64,000 nt of DNA from an uncultured Desulfosarcina sp. (GCA_963674945.2 CAXXWQ010000003.1:1632001-1696000); one strand, 5' to 3'; numbered from the stretch's first letter, positions 31,044 to 40,787 are shown. Notes: generated by a model not told the origin, from the sequence alone. Numbers and translations are program-made.

Positions 31044-31732
31044 AAAAAGCAGTGGTGTTGACAAGCGGTGGGCTGGACTCCACCACGGTACTGGCCATGG
31101 CGAAACATCGGGGATACGTCCTGTACAGCCTGAGCTTCGACTACGGCCAGCGCCACGAAACCGAACTTCGCGCCGCCGAAAAAGTGGCCGCGGCCATGGG
31201 CGTCGAGCGCCATCTGGTGACACGGGTGGATCTGAAACCGGTGGGCGGATCCGCCCTGACCGACGACATCGCCGTTCCCAAAAAACGCTCGGAGACGCAG
31301 ATGAGCGCGTCGATTCCCGTCACCTATGTCCCGGCGCGAAATACCATCTTTCTCTCTTATGCCTTGGCCTGGGCCGAGGTGCTGGGCGCCTGGGATATTT
31401 TCATCGGCGTGAATGCCGTGGACTACAGCGGCTACCCCGACTGCAGGCCGGCCTATATCGCGGCCTTCCAATCCATGGCAAACCTGGCGATAAAATCCGC
31501 CGTGGAGGGAAAGGGACGGATTCGGATTCATACGCCGCTGATGGATATGACGAAGGCCCAGATTATCGAGGCAGGCACGAAGCTGAAAGTGGATTATTCC
31601 ATGACCCACAGCTGTTACGACCCGGATCCACAGGGCCTGGCCTGCGGAAGCTGTGATTCGTGTATCCTGCGAAGAAACGGGTTTACAGCGGCCGGCGTGC
31701 CTGATCCCACACGGTATGTTAGTGATCAGTGA
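31040..31732 (+). CDS. queC: 7-cyano-7-deazaguanine synthase
   Basis: [29 protein letters not shown] and SCY...CGSCDSC. Confidence 0.97.
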   Translation: MKKAVVLTSGGLDSTTVLAMAKHRGYVLYSLSFDYGQRHETELRAAEKVAAAMGVERHLVTRVDLKPVGGSALTDDIAVPKKRSETQMSASIPVTYVPARNTIFLSYALAWAEVLGAWDIFIGVNAVDYSGYPDCRPAYIAAFQSMANLAIKSAVEGKGRIRIHTPLMDMTKAQIIEAGTKLKVDYSMTHSCYDPDPQGLACGSCDSCILRRNGFTAAGVPDPTRYVSDQ

Positions 31733-31799
31733 TCGGTGATGGGTATACCACGAAAACGGATGAACTGGTTCATTCATAAACATTAAAAAGGATTTTCTA

Positions 31800-31909
31800 T
31801 AAAAAGCTTTTCCCATTTGGCCCATCGGCAAAATAATGGATGAATGAGTTTCTATAGCAATACCAATTGGCCATCATTGGCCTGGAAAAGCTTTTTACGA
31901 AGTCGTCAA
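31800..31909 (-). repeat. Intergenic repeat family 1, copy B
   Basis: Terminal IR TAAAAAGCTTTTCC / GGAAAAGCTTTTTA; its reverse complement starts TTGACGACTTCGTAAAAAGCTTTTCCAGGCC like copy C. Confidence 0.85.
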
Positions 31910-31911
31910 AC

Positions 31912-34803
31912 TTACCAATTCACCGGCAGCCGTACGACCTGCCTGGCCTTGTTGGAAAACAGCAGATACCGGTTCTTTTTTCCGAATCGGTACAAATCCC
32001 TGGTGATGGCCACATCCGATCGGCAATATTCCAGTATCTTTGCCATCTTACCCTCTTTCCACCATCGCAGTGCATCCAGACCATCCGCCGTTTTTCCGGC
32101 GTTCAAGGTCACAGATGCCAGATGATCCAGGCTGAGGCGATACCCCAATCGATCCTTGACCTTCTCCAGAAGATCCAGGGTTGGTATCTTTCCGAAATCC
32201 ACATCTGAATAGGCACTCAGCACCCGGTAATCGAAGCGTTTGATGTTGAATCCCACCACCAGGTCCAGTTGCCGAAGATGTTCAAGCAGCATGGGAACCT
32301 GGCCCTCGACGAACTCGAAGAAACTGTTTGCACGAGAGTCGTAAAGGACGGCGCAACTGACCCCCATTCTTTCTGCCCGATGCCATCCCCCCACCTCCTG
32401 GGCGGAGCGCTGCGTCTCGATGTCCAGCACGCCATAGTGCAGATCTGCAGTTGCCGGTGCAGCGCTTCGCGTCAATGAATCCGCCGGGTCATCCGAAGGT
32501 TCAGGGGCCTGGGGATCAGCAAAGGGTGCAGACACGACAAGACTTTTGTCTGTCATCAGGCAGTGGAGCAGGAATATGGCCGCAGCCTTGTCGATGGGCC
32601 GGTTGCCGGATCCGCATTTGGGCGAATGGACGCAGCTGGGACATCCGGTTTCACATGGGCATCCGGATATGGCCGAATGGGTTGCCGAAAACAGCTCTCG
32701 TGCCTTTGAAAACGCCTGGGCGCAGAGTCCGGCGCCGCCGGGAATCCCGTCGTAGATGAAGATGGCGGCACCCGCCAATTGGGGATGAAAGGGGGTCGAA
32801 ATTCCCCCCAGATCGTTGCGATCCGCCAGCACCAGCAACGGAAACACGCCGATCGCACCGTGCTCCACGGCGTGGAGCCCCCCCATCACGTGGAGCTGTC
32901 GTTGACGGGCCAGGGCACAGGCCTCTTCGGGAACCGAAAACCAGATCCCCTGGGTTTCGAAGACCATGGGTGGCAAGTCCAGCTGCGTCCTGCCGATCAC
33001 CTTTCCGGTTCGGGTCTCGATGCGGTCGAAGCCGGTCACCTGCTCGGTCACCCGAAGTCGTCCCACGGCCATACGGGTTCGGAAAACCTCTTTTTGGTCC
33101 GTCACCGCGAGAATCTCGGTGTTTTTGTGAGACCGTACCCGGGTATGATAATGGACCCGAGACGGCGACACGTATGCCTTTTTCGTCTCCGGCGCCAGTC
33201 GGCTGACCCAAAATGTCCTGCCCCGGTGCAGGTAGATGGCACCGGGATGGACTTCACGAAAAGCGCGAAAACCGTCGATCTCCCCAAGCCTCCGGTCGTC
33301 GGTTTCATCAAGGATGGCAAACCGGGTGCCGGTCCCCCGAAGATCCACATGTCGATGGGGATTTTTCAACGGGGAGACGAATGTGGTGCCATCGGCAGTT
33401 AAAAACAGTTCTCCCGACGCCACCAGATGATTGATTTGCTCGATAACGGGTTTCGATGCGAAGATGGGATCGGTGACGGCAAGTGGCAGTTCCGCTGCGG
33501 CACAAACCAGGTGCCGGGACATGACATTCGGGTTATACGGATTGATCACGGCCGCCTCTGGTGGCCGCTGAACCAGCTGTTCCGGATTCTTGATAAAATA
33601 CTGATCCAGGGCATCTTCACCGGCAACCATCACCACCGCCGATTCCTGACCGTTTCGCCCCACCCGCCCGCTCCGCTGCAAGGTGGCGACGATGGATCCC
33701 GGATACCCGACCAGCAGGCACAAGTCCAGACTACCGATGTCGATGCCCAGTTCCAGTGCGCTGGTGGTGATCACGGCCAGCAGTTCGCCGGAGGCCAGTT
33801 TGGATTCGATCTCCCTTCGCTCTTCGGGCAAAAAACCGGCCCGGTATGCACTGATCCGAGACGCAAATTCACCTGCCCGGTTCTTGGCCCAGATTGCCAG
33901 AAGCTCGGTCAACTTGCGTGACTGCGTGTAAACGATGGTGCGAAGTCTCCTATGCAGGGCGGCCTTTAGCAGGGTCACCGTTGCCCGGAGGGCTCCGTCC
34001 ACAGGCTCCAACAGGACCCAATGACGCCGTCCCGCGCCTGCGGTGCTCCGGTCGACCGTCTCCACCGAAAGGCCGGTCAGTTGGTGTGCCAATTGGTCCG
34101 GGTTGGCCACGGTGGCCGAAGTAAAGACGAAGGTGGGCGTGGCGCCATAGTGGCGGCACATTCTAAGGAGCCGACGAAAGACCTGGGCCATGTGTGATCC
34201 CAGGATGCCGCGGTAGCTGTGTACCTCGTCCACGACCACATACCGGAGACGGCCCAAAAAATCGGCCCAGCGTTCGTGATGAGGCAAGATGGAAAGATGA
34301 ATCATCTCCGGATTGGTCATCAATATATTGGGCGGATTGTCCCGAATTTTTTTTCGACGATAGGAACTGGTGTCGCCATCGTATATCTCGGCCGTCGGTT
34401 CGATGTGGGGAAGATGGGCCGCCAAACGCAAAATGGTTTTCCGTTGGTCCTGGGCCAGGGCTTTCAGCGGATAGATCAGCAAGGCACAGGCCGATGGGTT
34501 GTCGATGATCGATTCAAATACCGGTAATGCATAGGTTAAGGTCTTGCCCGAAGCGGTTTGGGTGGCGACGACGGTGTGGGAGCCGGTACGAATCCGGTCC
34601 AAGGCCCGCACCTGGTGTTCATACAACCGGCCGATCCCGACAGCGTCCAACAAAAGCTGCAATGCCGGCGACCATGGTTTGCGGGGTACGCCGAATGTGG
34701 CAGCACCCGATTCGAGCACCCGGTGATCGACCACCTGCCCGCCCAACCCCCTGTCGGATGTGAGGGCGGCGATATATTCATTGACATTTTGTTCGTCGTT
34801 CAT
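31912..34803 (-). CDS. MrfA/SftH/Hrq1-type DEAH helicase (DUF1998) fused to a C-terminal DEDD (RNase_H_2/YprB-like) exonuclease
   Basis: TASGKT, YPLKALAQDQ, DEVH, SAT, ALELGID, QRSGRVGR, CPCETGCPSC; then LDIETQ, GFNIKRFD and EYCRSD. Confidence 0.9.
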   Translation of the reverse strand: MNDEQNVNEYIAALTSDRGLGGQVVDHRVLESGAATFGVPRKPWSPALQLLLDAVGIGRLYEHQVRALDRIRTGSHTVVATQTASGKTLTYALPVFESIIDNPSACALLIYPLKALAQDQRKTILRLAAHLPHIEPTAEIYDGDTSSYRRKKIRDNPPNILMTNPEMIHLSILPHHERWADFLGRLRYVVVDEVHSYRGILGSHMAQVFRRLLRMCRHYGATPTFVFTSATVANPDQLAHQLTGLSVETVDRSTAGAGRRHWVLLEPVDGALRATVTLLKAALHRRLRTIVYTQSRKLTELLAIWAKNRAGEFASRISAYRAGFLPEERREIESKLASGELLAVITTSALELGIDIGSLDLCLLVGYPGSIVATLQRSGRVGRNGQESAVVMVAGEDALDQYFIKNPEQLVQRPPEAAVINPYNPNVMSRHLVCAAAELPLAVTDPIFASKPVIEQINHLVASGELFLTADGTTFVSPLKNPHRHVDLRGTGTRFAILDETDDRRLGEIDGFRAFREVHPGAIYLHRGRTFWVSRLAPETKKAYVSPSRVHYHTRVRSHKNTEILAVTDQKEVFRTRMAVGRLRVTEQVTGFDRIETRTGKVIGRTQLDLPPMVFETQGIWFSVPEEACALARQRQLHVMGGLHAVEHGAIGVFPLLVLADRNDLGGISTPFHPQLAGAAIFIYDGIPGGAGLCAQAFSKARELFSATHSAISGCPCETGCPSCVHSPKCGSGNRPIDKAAAIFLLHCLMTDKSLVVSAPFADPQAPEPSDDPADSLTRSAAPATADLHYGVLDIETQRSAQEVGGWHRAERMGVSCAVLYDSRANSFFEFVEGQVPMLLEHLRQLDLVVGFNIKRFDYRVLSAYSDVDFGKIPTLDLLEKVKDRLGYRLSLDHLASVTLNAGKTADGLDALRWWKEGKMAKILEYCRSDVAITRDLYRFGKKNRYLLFSNKARQVVRLPVNW

Positions 34804-34856
34804 GAACGCAAATCCAGACTGTCGCCGGCATGCTGCGCTTTTATGCGCAGTTTCAC

Positions 34857-34884
34857 TTGAAAAAATGAAAAAATAAGCTATAGT
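34857..34884 (+). promoter_or_regulatory. Possible sigma-70 promoter for the CNNM/CorC gene
   Basis: TTGAAA-N16-TATAGT in an AT-rich divergent intergenic region. Confidence 0.4.
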
Positions 34885-35219
34885 TAGCTTGTTTAACTGC
34901 CAATAAACAATTTATACGGAACCGATAGACAGGAGTGGGAAATAACACTCGCTGAAATTACCCCCGTCCGTTTTCGCCCGGGGACACTATCGCATGACAC
35001 CATTTCCCAATTCAAGAGGAAGGCAAACGAGTTGGACGACCCTTTTTTAGCCGGCCACGGGTCCGGACCAATGGGTAATCATACCCGTACTCGAAGGTTA
35101 CACTATACATTTTGGCAAAGTATCCATCATTACCGCTGCCGCAAACGCCCTTTTTCAATCGATTGTATCCCAACTGACGACACACCAATTGAAAACACGA
35201 TAGATCGGGGAGTGGCGGG

Positions 35220-36449
35220 ATGATGACGAATCAAATTGTCCTTCTGCTCATCCTTCTCTTTCTGTCCGGTTTTTTTTCATCGGCGGAAACGGCCCTCTTT
35301 TCCATCAGTCAGACCCGAGCAAGACATCTGGCAAAAGAAAAAATCCGGTCGCACCAATTGATCAAACGGATGAAAGACGATCCCCACAAACTTCTGACAA
35401 CTATCCTGATCGGAAACAATGTCGTCAACGTGGCCGCATCGGCCATCGCCACCTCCTTGACCATCCAATGGTCGGCCAGTTACGCGGTCGGTGTTTCGAC
35501 GGGCATCATGACATTTCTGATTCTCGTCTTCGGTGAAGTCATCCCCAAGTCCTTTGCCACCCGGAACAACATCCTCATGGCAAAACTGACGATTTTTCCT
35601 ATCTATTGGCTGTCCATCATTTTCTACCCGATCATCCTGTTTCTCAACTTCATTCCCCGAATTACCGGAAGAATGAGCAAGACGCCTTCTGCCACCGAGG
35701 AAGAGCTGATCACCTTCGTTGAAGTGGTGGAGGAGCAGGGAGAGATCAAGGAAGAAGAAAGGGAGATGATCCACAATGTCTTCGAACTGGACGATACCAG
35801 CGCATCGGAGATCCTGACCCCAAGGGCCGACATGTTCGCGGTGGATGCCGATGCCCCCCTGAATTTGAAGGCCATCGCCGAATCCGGTTTCACCCGAATT
35901 CCCGTCATAGAAGGTGACATGGATCACATCGTGGGGATTTTGAACATCAAAGACATCTTCATGCATCAGGCCAAATCAGATAAGCCGGTGGATGTTCGTG
36001 CCATCATGCGCCCGCCCTACTTCGTTCCGGAAAACAAAAAACTGGACAGCCTTCTTCATCAGTTCAAGGCGCGAAAGGACCACATCGCCATTGTGGTGGA
36101 TGAACATGGAGGGGTCTCCGGACTAATCACCATGGAGGATGCCTTGGAGGAACTGGTGGGCGATATCCGGGATGAGACGGACAAGGAAGAGCCCCACATC
36201 ATCGCCCGAAAACCCAAGGAGTGGTTGGTACTCGGCAAGTCGGATATCGAAGAGGTAAATGAAAAAATCGGGATGAAAATTCCCGAGTCCAAAGAGTACG
36301 ATACCTTCTCCGGATTCATCCTGGATCGAATCGGCAGGATTCCCGAAGAGGACGAAACCTTCACCATCGACGGCCACAAGGTCGTCGTCATGGAGATGGA
36401 CGGGAATCGGATCAAGCGATATCTGGTGCAGGCGATTACCACCCCATAG
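35220..36449 (+). CDS. CNNM/HlyC/CorC family transporter (DUF21-CBS-CorC)
   Basis: LSGFFSSAETALFS, ILIGNN, FGEVIPK, FTRIPV, VVDEHGG and EDALEELVGDI motifs. Confidence 0.95.
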   Translation: MMTNQIVLLLILLFLSGFFSSAETALFSISQTRARHLAKEKIRSHQLIKRMKDDPHKLLTTILIGNNVVNVAASAIATSLTIQWSASYAVGVSTGIMTFLILVFGEVIPKSFATRNNILMAKLTIFPIYWLSIIFYPIILFLNFIPRITGRMSKTPSATEEELITFVEVVEEQGEIKEEEREMIHNVFELDDTSASEILTPRADMFAVDADAPLNLKAIAESGFTRIPVIEGDMDHIVGILNIKDIFMHQAKSDKPVDVRAIMRPPYFVPENKKLDSLLHQFKARKDHIAIVVDEHGGVSGLITMEDALEELVGDIRDETDKEEPHIIARKPKEWLVLGKSDIEEVNEKIGMKIPESKEYDTFSGFILDRIGRIPEEDETFTIDGHKVVVMEMDGNRIKRYLVQAITTP

Positions 36450-36475
36450 AATATATCTTTTCCGCGGGCATTTTT

Positions 36476-36623
36476 TAGAATCCTATCTCAAAGATAGGAT
36501 TCCGGTTCAAAATCAAGGCGGATCCGCGTTTCAAACCGCAAGCATAGTTAAAGTATGTTGAAGATTTGAAACGCGGATCCAACACAGATATTGGACTGGA
36601 AGACATTTTTGAGATGGATTCTA
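36476..36623. repeat. Palindromic repeat family 2, copy B; overlaps the efp stop codon
   Basis: Outer IR TAGAATCCTATCTCAAA / TTTGAGATGGATTCTA; perfect 16-bp inner IR GGATCCGCGTTTCAAA / TTTGAAACGCGGATCC; TA at both ends. Confidence 0.8.
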
Positions 36624-37181
36624 CTTGACGCGCTCTACATATTGCCCCGTGCGCGTGTCAATACGGATCTTTTCTCCTTGGTTGACAAAAGGCGGCACCT
36701 GAACCACATGGCCGGTTTCCAGAGTGGCGGGTTTGGTGGAGCCGGCGGCAGTATCCCCCTTTGCCCAGGGCTCGGCTTCGGTGATGGTGAGTTCCACGAA
36801 GTTGGGAAGGGAAACGCCCAGGGCTCTTTTTTCAAACATCAAGACGTTGCAGACGGTATTCTCCTTGAGAAAGGCCTTGGCATCCCCGAGTTGCTCTTCG
36901 GTTAAAAATTCCTGCTCATAGTTAGAGGAGTTCATGAAACAATAGGCGTCACCATCGAAGTAGAGATACTCCATTTCAATCTCTTCCATGTTGGCTTCTT
37001 TGAATTTCTCACCGGACCGATAGGTTTTATCGAACTGTGCGCCGGATATCATGTTTTTCAGGCGGCATTTGTAAAGCGCCTGTCCCTTTCCGGGTTTGAC
37101 GAACTCGAACTGAACGATCACATACGGATCGCCGTCGATCTCTATTTTCAGGCCTTTGCGTAAATCACTACTCTCATACAT
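36621..37181 (-). CDS. efp: Elongation factor P (Lys-type, PGKG loop)
   Basis: DLRKG, KPGKGQA, KGDTA, KPATLETG and DTRTGQYVER; AGGAG RBS before ATG 37181. Confidence 0.98.
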   Translation of the reverse strand: MYESSDLRKGLKIEIDGDPYVIVQFEFVKPGKGQALYKCRLKNMISGAQFDKTYRSGEKFKEANMEEIEMEYLYFDGDAYCFMNSSNYEQEFLTEEQLGDAKAFLKENTVCNVLMFEKRALGVSLPNFVELTITEAEPWAKGDTAAGSTKPATLETGHVVQVPPFVNQGEKIRIDTRTGQYVERVK

Positions 37182-37197
37182 GGGACGTCTCCTTATG

Positions 37198-37309
37198 TTG
37201 ACGGCTTCGTAAAAAGCTTTTCCAGGCCAAATACGGCCAAACAATCGCATGCAAGATACTCGTTATTATTTTCTTTGCCGATAGACGGAAACGAGGGAAA
37301 AACTTTTTA
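37198..37309 (+). repeat. Intergenic repeat family 1, copy C
   Basis: TTGACGGCTTCGTAAAAAGCTTTTCCAGGCC ... GGAAAAACTTTTTA. Confidence 0.85.
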
Positions 37310-37334
37310 TAAGAAAGTCCTTAATTATTTGTAA

Positions 37335-38093
37335 TCATTTTCCATCGGCCAGGCGGGCTTGCTTCACCAACGCCTTTACCCGGGCAAGGTCTTTTTTAAA
37401 GCGTATGGGGCGACCATTGTCATCGACTGCGTTTGTCAATGTGCAACTGTCTACCCCGAAGGGGCGAACCCGTCGAATCCCATCGCCGACATTTTCCGGT
37501 GAAATGCCACCAGCCAGAATCACCGGGATCCGGCTTTGGCCGACCAATCCGGCGGCGACCTGCCAATCGCATGTAACCCCCGTGATGCCGACAAATCCAG
37601 TTACCGGTTGGTCGGCATCTTTCTTCTCCGATTGCCCCCTTATAATCGTATCCGTCAAAAAGAAATCGGATACCGGCTCCAGCTGGCGCGCCAATTCCAG
37701 AACAGTGTCGCCGTTTTCATCGGGAGCCTGTCCGATCGGAATCGAACGCATGATTTGAATGTCTGGAAAATGGCTTCTCACCGATTCCTGCAACGAGAGT
37801 GCCGCATCGATCCCAAGGCCGTTTCCGTCTTGTAATGTGTCGCAAAAATGTACGATATGGGGGCGATAATAGTCCAATGTGTCGAATATGGCGTCCAGAT
37901 CCGTATAAAGGGGAATCAGGCTGCTGACGGCACCCAACCGATGCACGGTCGAAATGGTTTCCCGGATGATCGGGTCATGCCGATGATCCAACGCCGCAAT
38001 AACACTGCCGATGTGCTTCACACCAAGTGAAATCAGAGCCTTGGCTTCCGTTGGCGTCTGAATTTCATATATCTGAACGATGGTCTTGGACAT
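37335..38093 (-). CDS. Phosphoribosylanthranilate-isomerase-like TIM barrel, non-canonical
   Basis: FLTDT, GITGVTCDW, PVILAGGISPENV and PFGVDS motifs; lacks N-terminal KICG. Confidence 0.75.
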   Translation of the reverse strand: MSKTIVQIYEIQTPTEAKALISLGVKHIGSVIAALDHRHDPIIRETISTVHRLGAVSSLIPLYTDLDAIFDTLDYYRPHIVHFCDTLQDGNGLGIDAALSLQESVRSHFPDIQIMRSIPIGQAPDENGDTVLELARQLEPVSDFFLTDTIIRGQSEKKDADQPVTGFVGITGVTCDWQVAAGLVGQSRIPVILAGGISPENVGDGIRRVRPFGVDSCTLTNAVDDNGRPIRFKKDLARVKALVKQARLADGK

Positions 38094-38140
38094 TTTCCTC
38101 TTGTCCCTCGTCAACAGCCGTTCGCGATTGCATTATCTCC

Positions 38141-38238
38141 TAAAAAGCTTTTCCAGGTCATTGATGGCCAAACAGTATTGCGAAAAAAGCGCATTCCTTC
38201 ATTATTATGTCGATAGGCTAAAATGGGAAAAGCTCTTT
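38141..38238 (+). repeat. Intergenic repeat family 1, copy D (a further short end is at 38456-38474)
   Basis: TAAAAAGCTTTTCCAGGTCATTGATGGCC ... AATGGGAAAAGCTCTTT, colinear with the reverse complement of copy B. Confidence 0.82.
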
Positions 38239-38509
38239 GTACCGGTGGCCGTGTCTATCACATTCACGACCTTTATGACAAGGCCCCTTTTCCATAAATA
38301 CCGTACAATTGGATCGGATCAGGGGATCTTCTCCAGGCCTTCCGGGTGTACACACAAGGTTCGAAGATAAATTGGAAACCGGAAAAACCGCCTCGATCAA
38401 CAAGGAACCGTTTCGTCCCCTTGACCACATCGTTGTCTTGGAGTAAACCACTTCCTTGACGGTTTCGTAAAAAGGTCATGCGATTCTACGGGAAACGGAC
38501 GGATATACC

Positions 38510-39034
38510 ATGATTATCGAAGTAAATGGGAAAAGACCGAAAATCGGCCGGGATGTCTACGTCGCACCAACCGCCGTTATCATCGGTGACGTTGTCATCG
38601 AAGACAATGCCAGCGTCTGGTTCGGTGCCGTGATCCGCGGAGACGAAGGCAGGATCGTCATCGGAGCGCGCACCAACGTGCAGGACAACACGGTCATCCA
38701 CGTGAATTCAAAATACGATACACTTATCGAAAGCGATGTGACCATCGGCCATGGCGTGGTCATGGAGGGATGTTATATTGAAAAGGGGGTTCTGATCGGC
38801 ATGAATGCAACGGTGTTGACGGGTTCGAACATCGGGGAGGGTGCATTTATCGCGGCGGGATCCGTCATCCGGGAAAAGCAGGAGATTCCGTCCCACCATC
38901 TGGCGGCCGGCGTGCCGGCAAAAGTGATTCGACCGATTTCCGAATCGCTTCGTTCGAAGCTGGTCCATGCGCCCGAGGCCTATATGAAATACAACAGGGC
39001 GTATGCCGGCAGCGCCATAATCATATCACAGTAG
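38510..39034 (+). CDS. Gamma carbonic anhydrase family (YrdA/PaaY-like)
   Basis: Hexapeptide repeats, VIRGD, TNVQDN, IH, TIGH and AGVPAK; the third His is apparently replaced (MEGC). Confidence 0.9.
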   Translation: MIIEVNGKRPKIGRDVYVAPTAVIIGDVVIEDNASVWFGAVIRGDEGRIVIGARTNVQDNTVIHVNSKYDTLIESDVTIGHGVVMEGCYIEKGVLIGMNATVLTGSNIGEGAFIAAGSVIREKQEIPSHHLAAGVPAKVIRPISESLRSKLVHAPEAYMKYNRAYAGSAIIISQ

Positions 39035-39107
39035 CAGAACGAATAATTTTCGTGTCTCTCATCCGTTATGCTTTAGGTGAAGAAATTTACTTCTCTAACG
39101 ATTTTTA

Positions 39108-40787
39108 TTAGTTTACACTTCGCCTTTTGATATCTTTGTTACCATATAGTTCTACAAGCCCATTTGGAGATTCATATATCAGGTCATAGCCATCTTCCAA
39201 TTGTTTATAAATCATTATGAGGTTTTTGTCGTTTTGTTGGGTTCTTTTGCCAAGCCACATGGATACATAATCAACAGTCCCTCCGGTACGATCGAAATAA
39301 TCGATGAAATTTGCGGGTGGTGGTTCTGTCTCACATTCAAGAAGTCCTATATGCAGGTATGGATTTTTTTCGGGTCGAAACACAAAAGGGAAATACCCAA
39401 TGCCTGCTTCGTAATTTCGAAAAGCCATTGCACCGGAGATCTCTGCTACGTAGTTTGAAACATGGAGAAAAGGTTTTACCCTGTTTTTGTAAGACATTTC
39501 CCATTCACCACCACAACTATCCAAAGAAAGTAACGTTGTATTGGGTTCGATATAATTCGAAACAGATAAGTACTCGTCAATATATAAGTTTATTTTATTA
39601 TAAGCTGAGACATTTGTAAAAATTAGAAAAACAGAAACGACAACCGCTGCAAAATGAACAACGTTCTTCATCACCTTGGAAAAGGCCTGGGATCCGAACC
39701 ATAAAAAAGCCATAAAAAACACATAATAGCTTACTCTCATATCCATAAATCCACCGCCAGACAATCCATTTTCACTTACCATAACGGGTTCCGGTACGAT
39801 CAAATAGAAAACAAAACATACGAAGGAAGCCAATAATAAAGAATCGGTCCGATCTATCTTATTTTTTTCCAATTTCTTGAATAGGAAAAAAAAGGATGCG
39901 CCAAAGATAGAAAATAGATAGAACGATTCTATCCACAGCTCCTTCCAGCTATATGATACCATCGGCATCATATGAATTAAATTATACAATCGAACATAGA
40001 AATCGTTCCCGGACTGACTTTCAGTTTCACGAGATAAAAGAAAAAAGGCGGCAATTAATATGGATGGAAGAAACGCTATAAACGTTCGAAATAAATTGTG
40101 GCAAAAAAAATGTTTTATTTTTTCTATAAGATCTCGCCCTTTACTGCCTTGATTAAAGATTTCGATAACACTGCTGCCGATTAGAGTCGTCCCAATTGCT
40201 AAGGTTACGACACCTAACGAAACAACATGATTAAAATAAAGAAGGGTGGTAAGGATGCTTAATACAACTATCCTTTTTATTCTCAAGTCTTCATAGTAGC
40301 GTATCCAATATCCAAAAACAAATAGTCCAATAGACAGGCTAAGTGAAAAAGAATAAAATCCCATGTGTAACAAATAATTGTAAACAAATGGAAAGAAAAG
40401 AACCGCCATGCATTTTGATTCTGTCTTTATTCCACCAAGCGCATATCTTGCACTGATAGGCAACAATATTACGTAAATACCTACCAGTATCTTCTCGGCA
40501 ATGATCGCAGGAAAAACTAACATTAAAATTGCCAAAACGATATGGCCAAACCATGTTGGATCAAATTTTGTATTTATTTTGAGATATTCAGGAAAAATAC
40601 TGTGAGAAGAATCATGAAATGAAAGAATAAGACTTGAGTTGTACGCATGGGCCGGACCATCTTGAGATGGAAAGTATTTGAAATTAAATAAAGGAAATAA
40701 AAAAAATAAAATCAGTGAATAGAAGATAATTTGTTCTTTGTGAATCCATAGTCTTTCAAAATGGGGTATTTTCATATATTTCAGCAA
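39108..40787 (-). CDS. Polytopic membrane protein, possibly GT-C-fold glycosyltransferase
   Basis: Many TM segments, PSQDGPAH after TM1, soluble C-terminal domain; last gene of the EPS string. Confidence 0.55.
   Translation of the reverse strand: MLKYMKIPHFERLWIHKEQIIFYSLILFFLFPLFNFKYFPSQDGPAHAYNSSLILSFHDSSHSIFPEYLKINTKFDPTWFGHIVLAILMLVFPAIIAEKILVGIYVILLPISARYALGGIKTESKCMAVLFFPFVYNYLLHMGFYSFSLSLSIGLFVFGYWIRYYEDLRIKRIVVLSILTTLLYFNHVVSLGVVTLAIGTTLIGSSVIEIFNQGSKGRDLIEKIKHFFCHNLFRTFIAFLPSILIAAFFLLSRETESQSGNDFYVRLYNLIHMMPMVSYSWKELWIESFYLFSIFGASFFFLFKKLEKNKIDRTDSLLLASFVCFVFYLIVPEPVMVSENGLSGGGFMDMRVSYYVFFMAFLWFGSQAFSKVMKNVVHFAAVVVSVFLIFTNVSAYNKINLYIDEYLSVSNYIEPNTTLLSLDSCGGEWEMSYKNRVKPFLHVSNYVAEISGAMAFRNYEAGIGYFPFVFRPEKNPYLHIGLLECETEPPPANFIDYFDRTGGTVDYVSMWLGKRTQQNDKNLIMIYKQLEDGYDLIYESPNGLVELYGNKDIKRRSVN

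Noticed and set aside
30405..34803. queE/queC plus helicase as a Dpd/Qat-type DNA-modification defence island
   Set aside because: QueE and QueC look canonical, there is no dpdA/TGT or qat partner, and the helicase is convergent rather than co-operonic.
31912..34803. DISARM DrmB or Druantia helicase
   Set aside because: DUF1998 sits on a full MrfA-type helicase among housekeeping genes, with no methylase or drm/dru neighbours.
38240..38455. Possible gene remnant between two family 1 repeats
   Set aside because: No frame gives a protein I can recognise; it needs BLASTX.
8918..38474. CRISPR array made of the recurring AAAAAGCTTTTCC sequence
   Set aside because: Copies are kilobases apart in both orientations, with no regular spacers and no cas genes.
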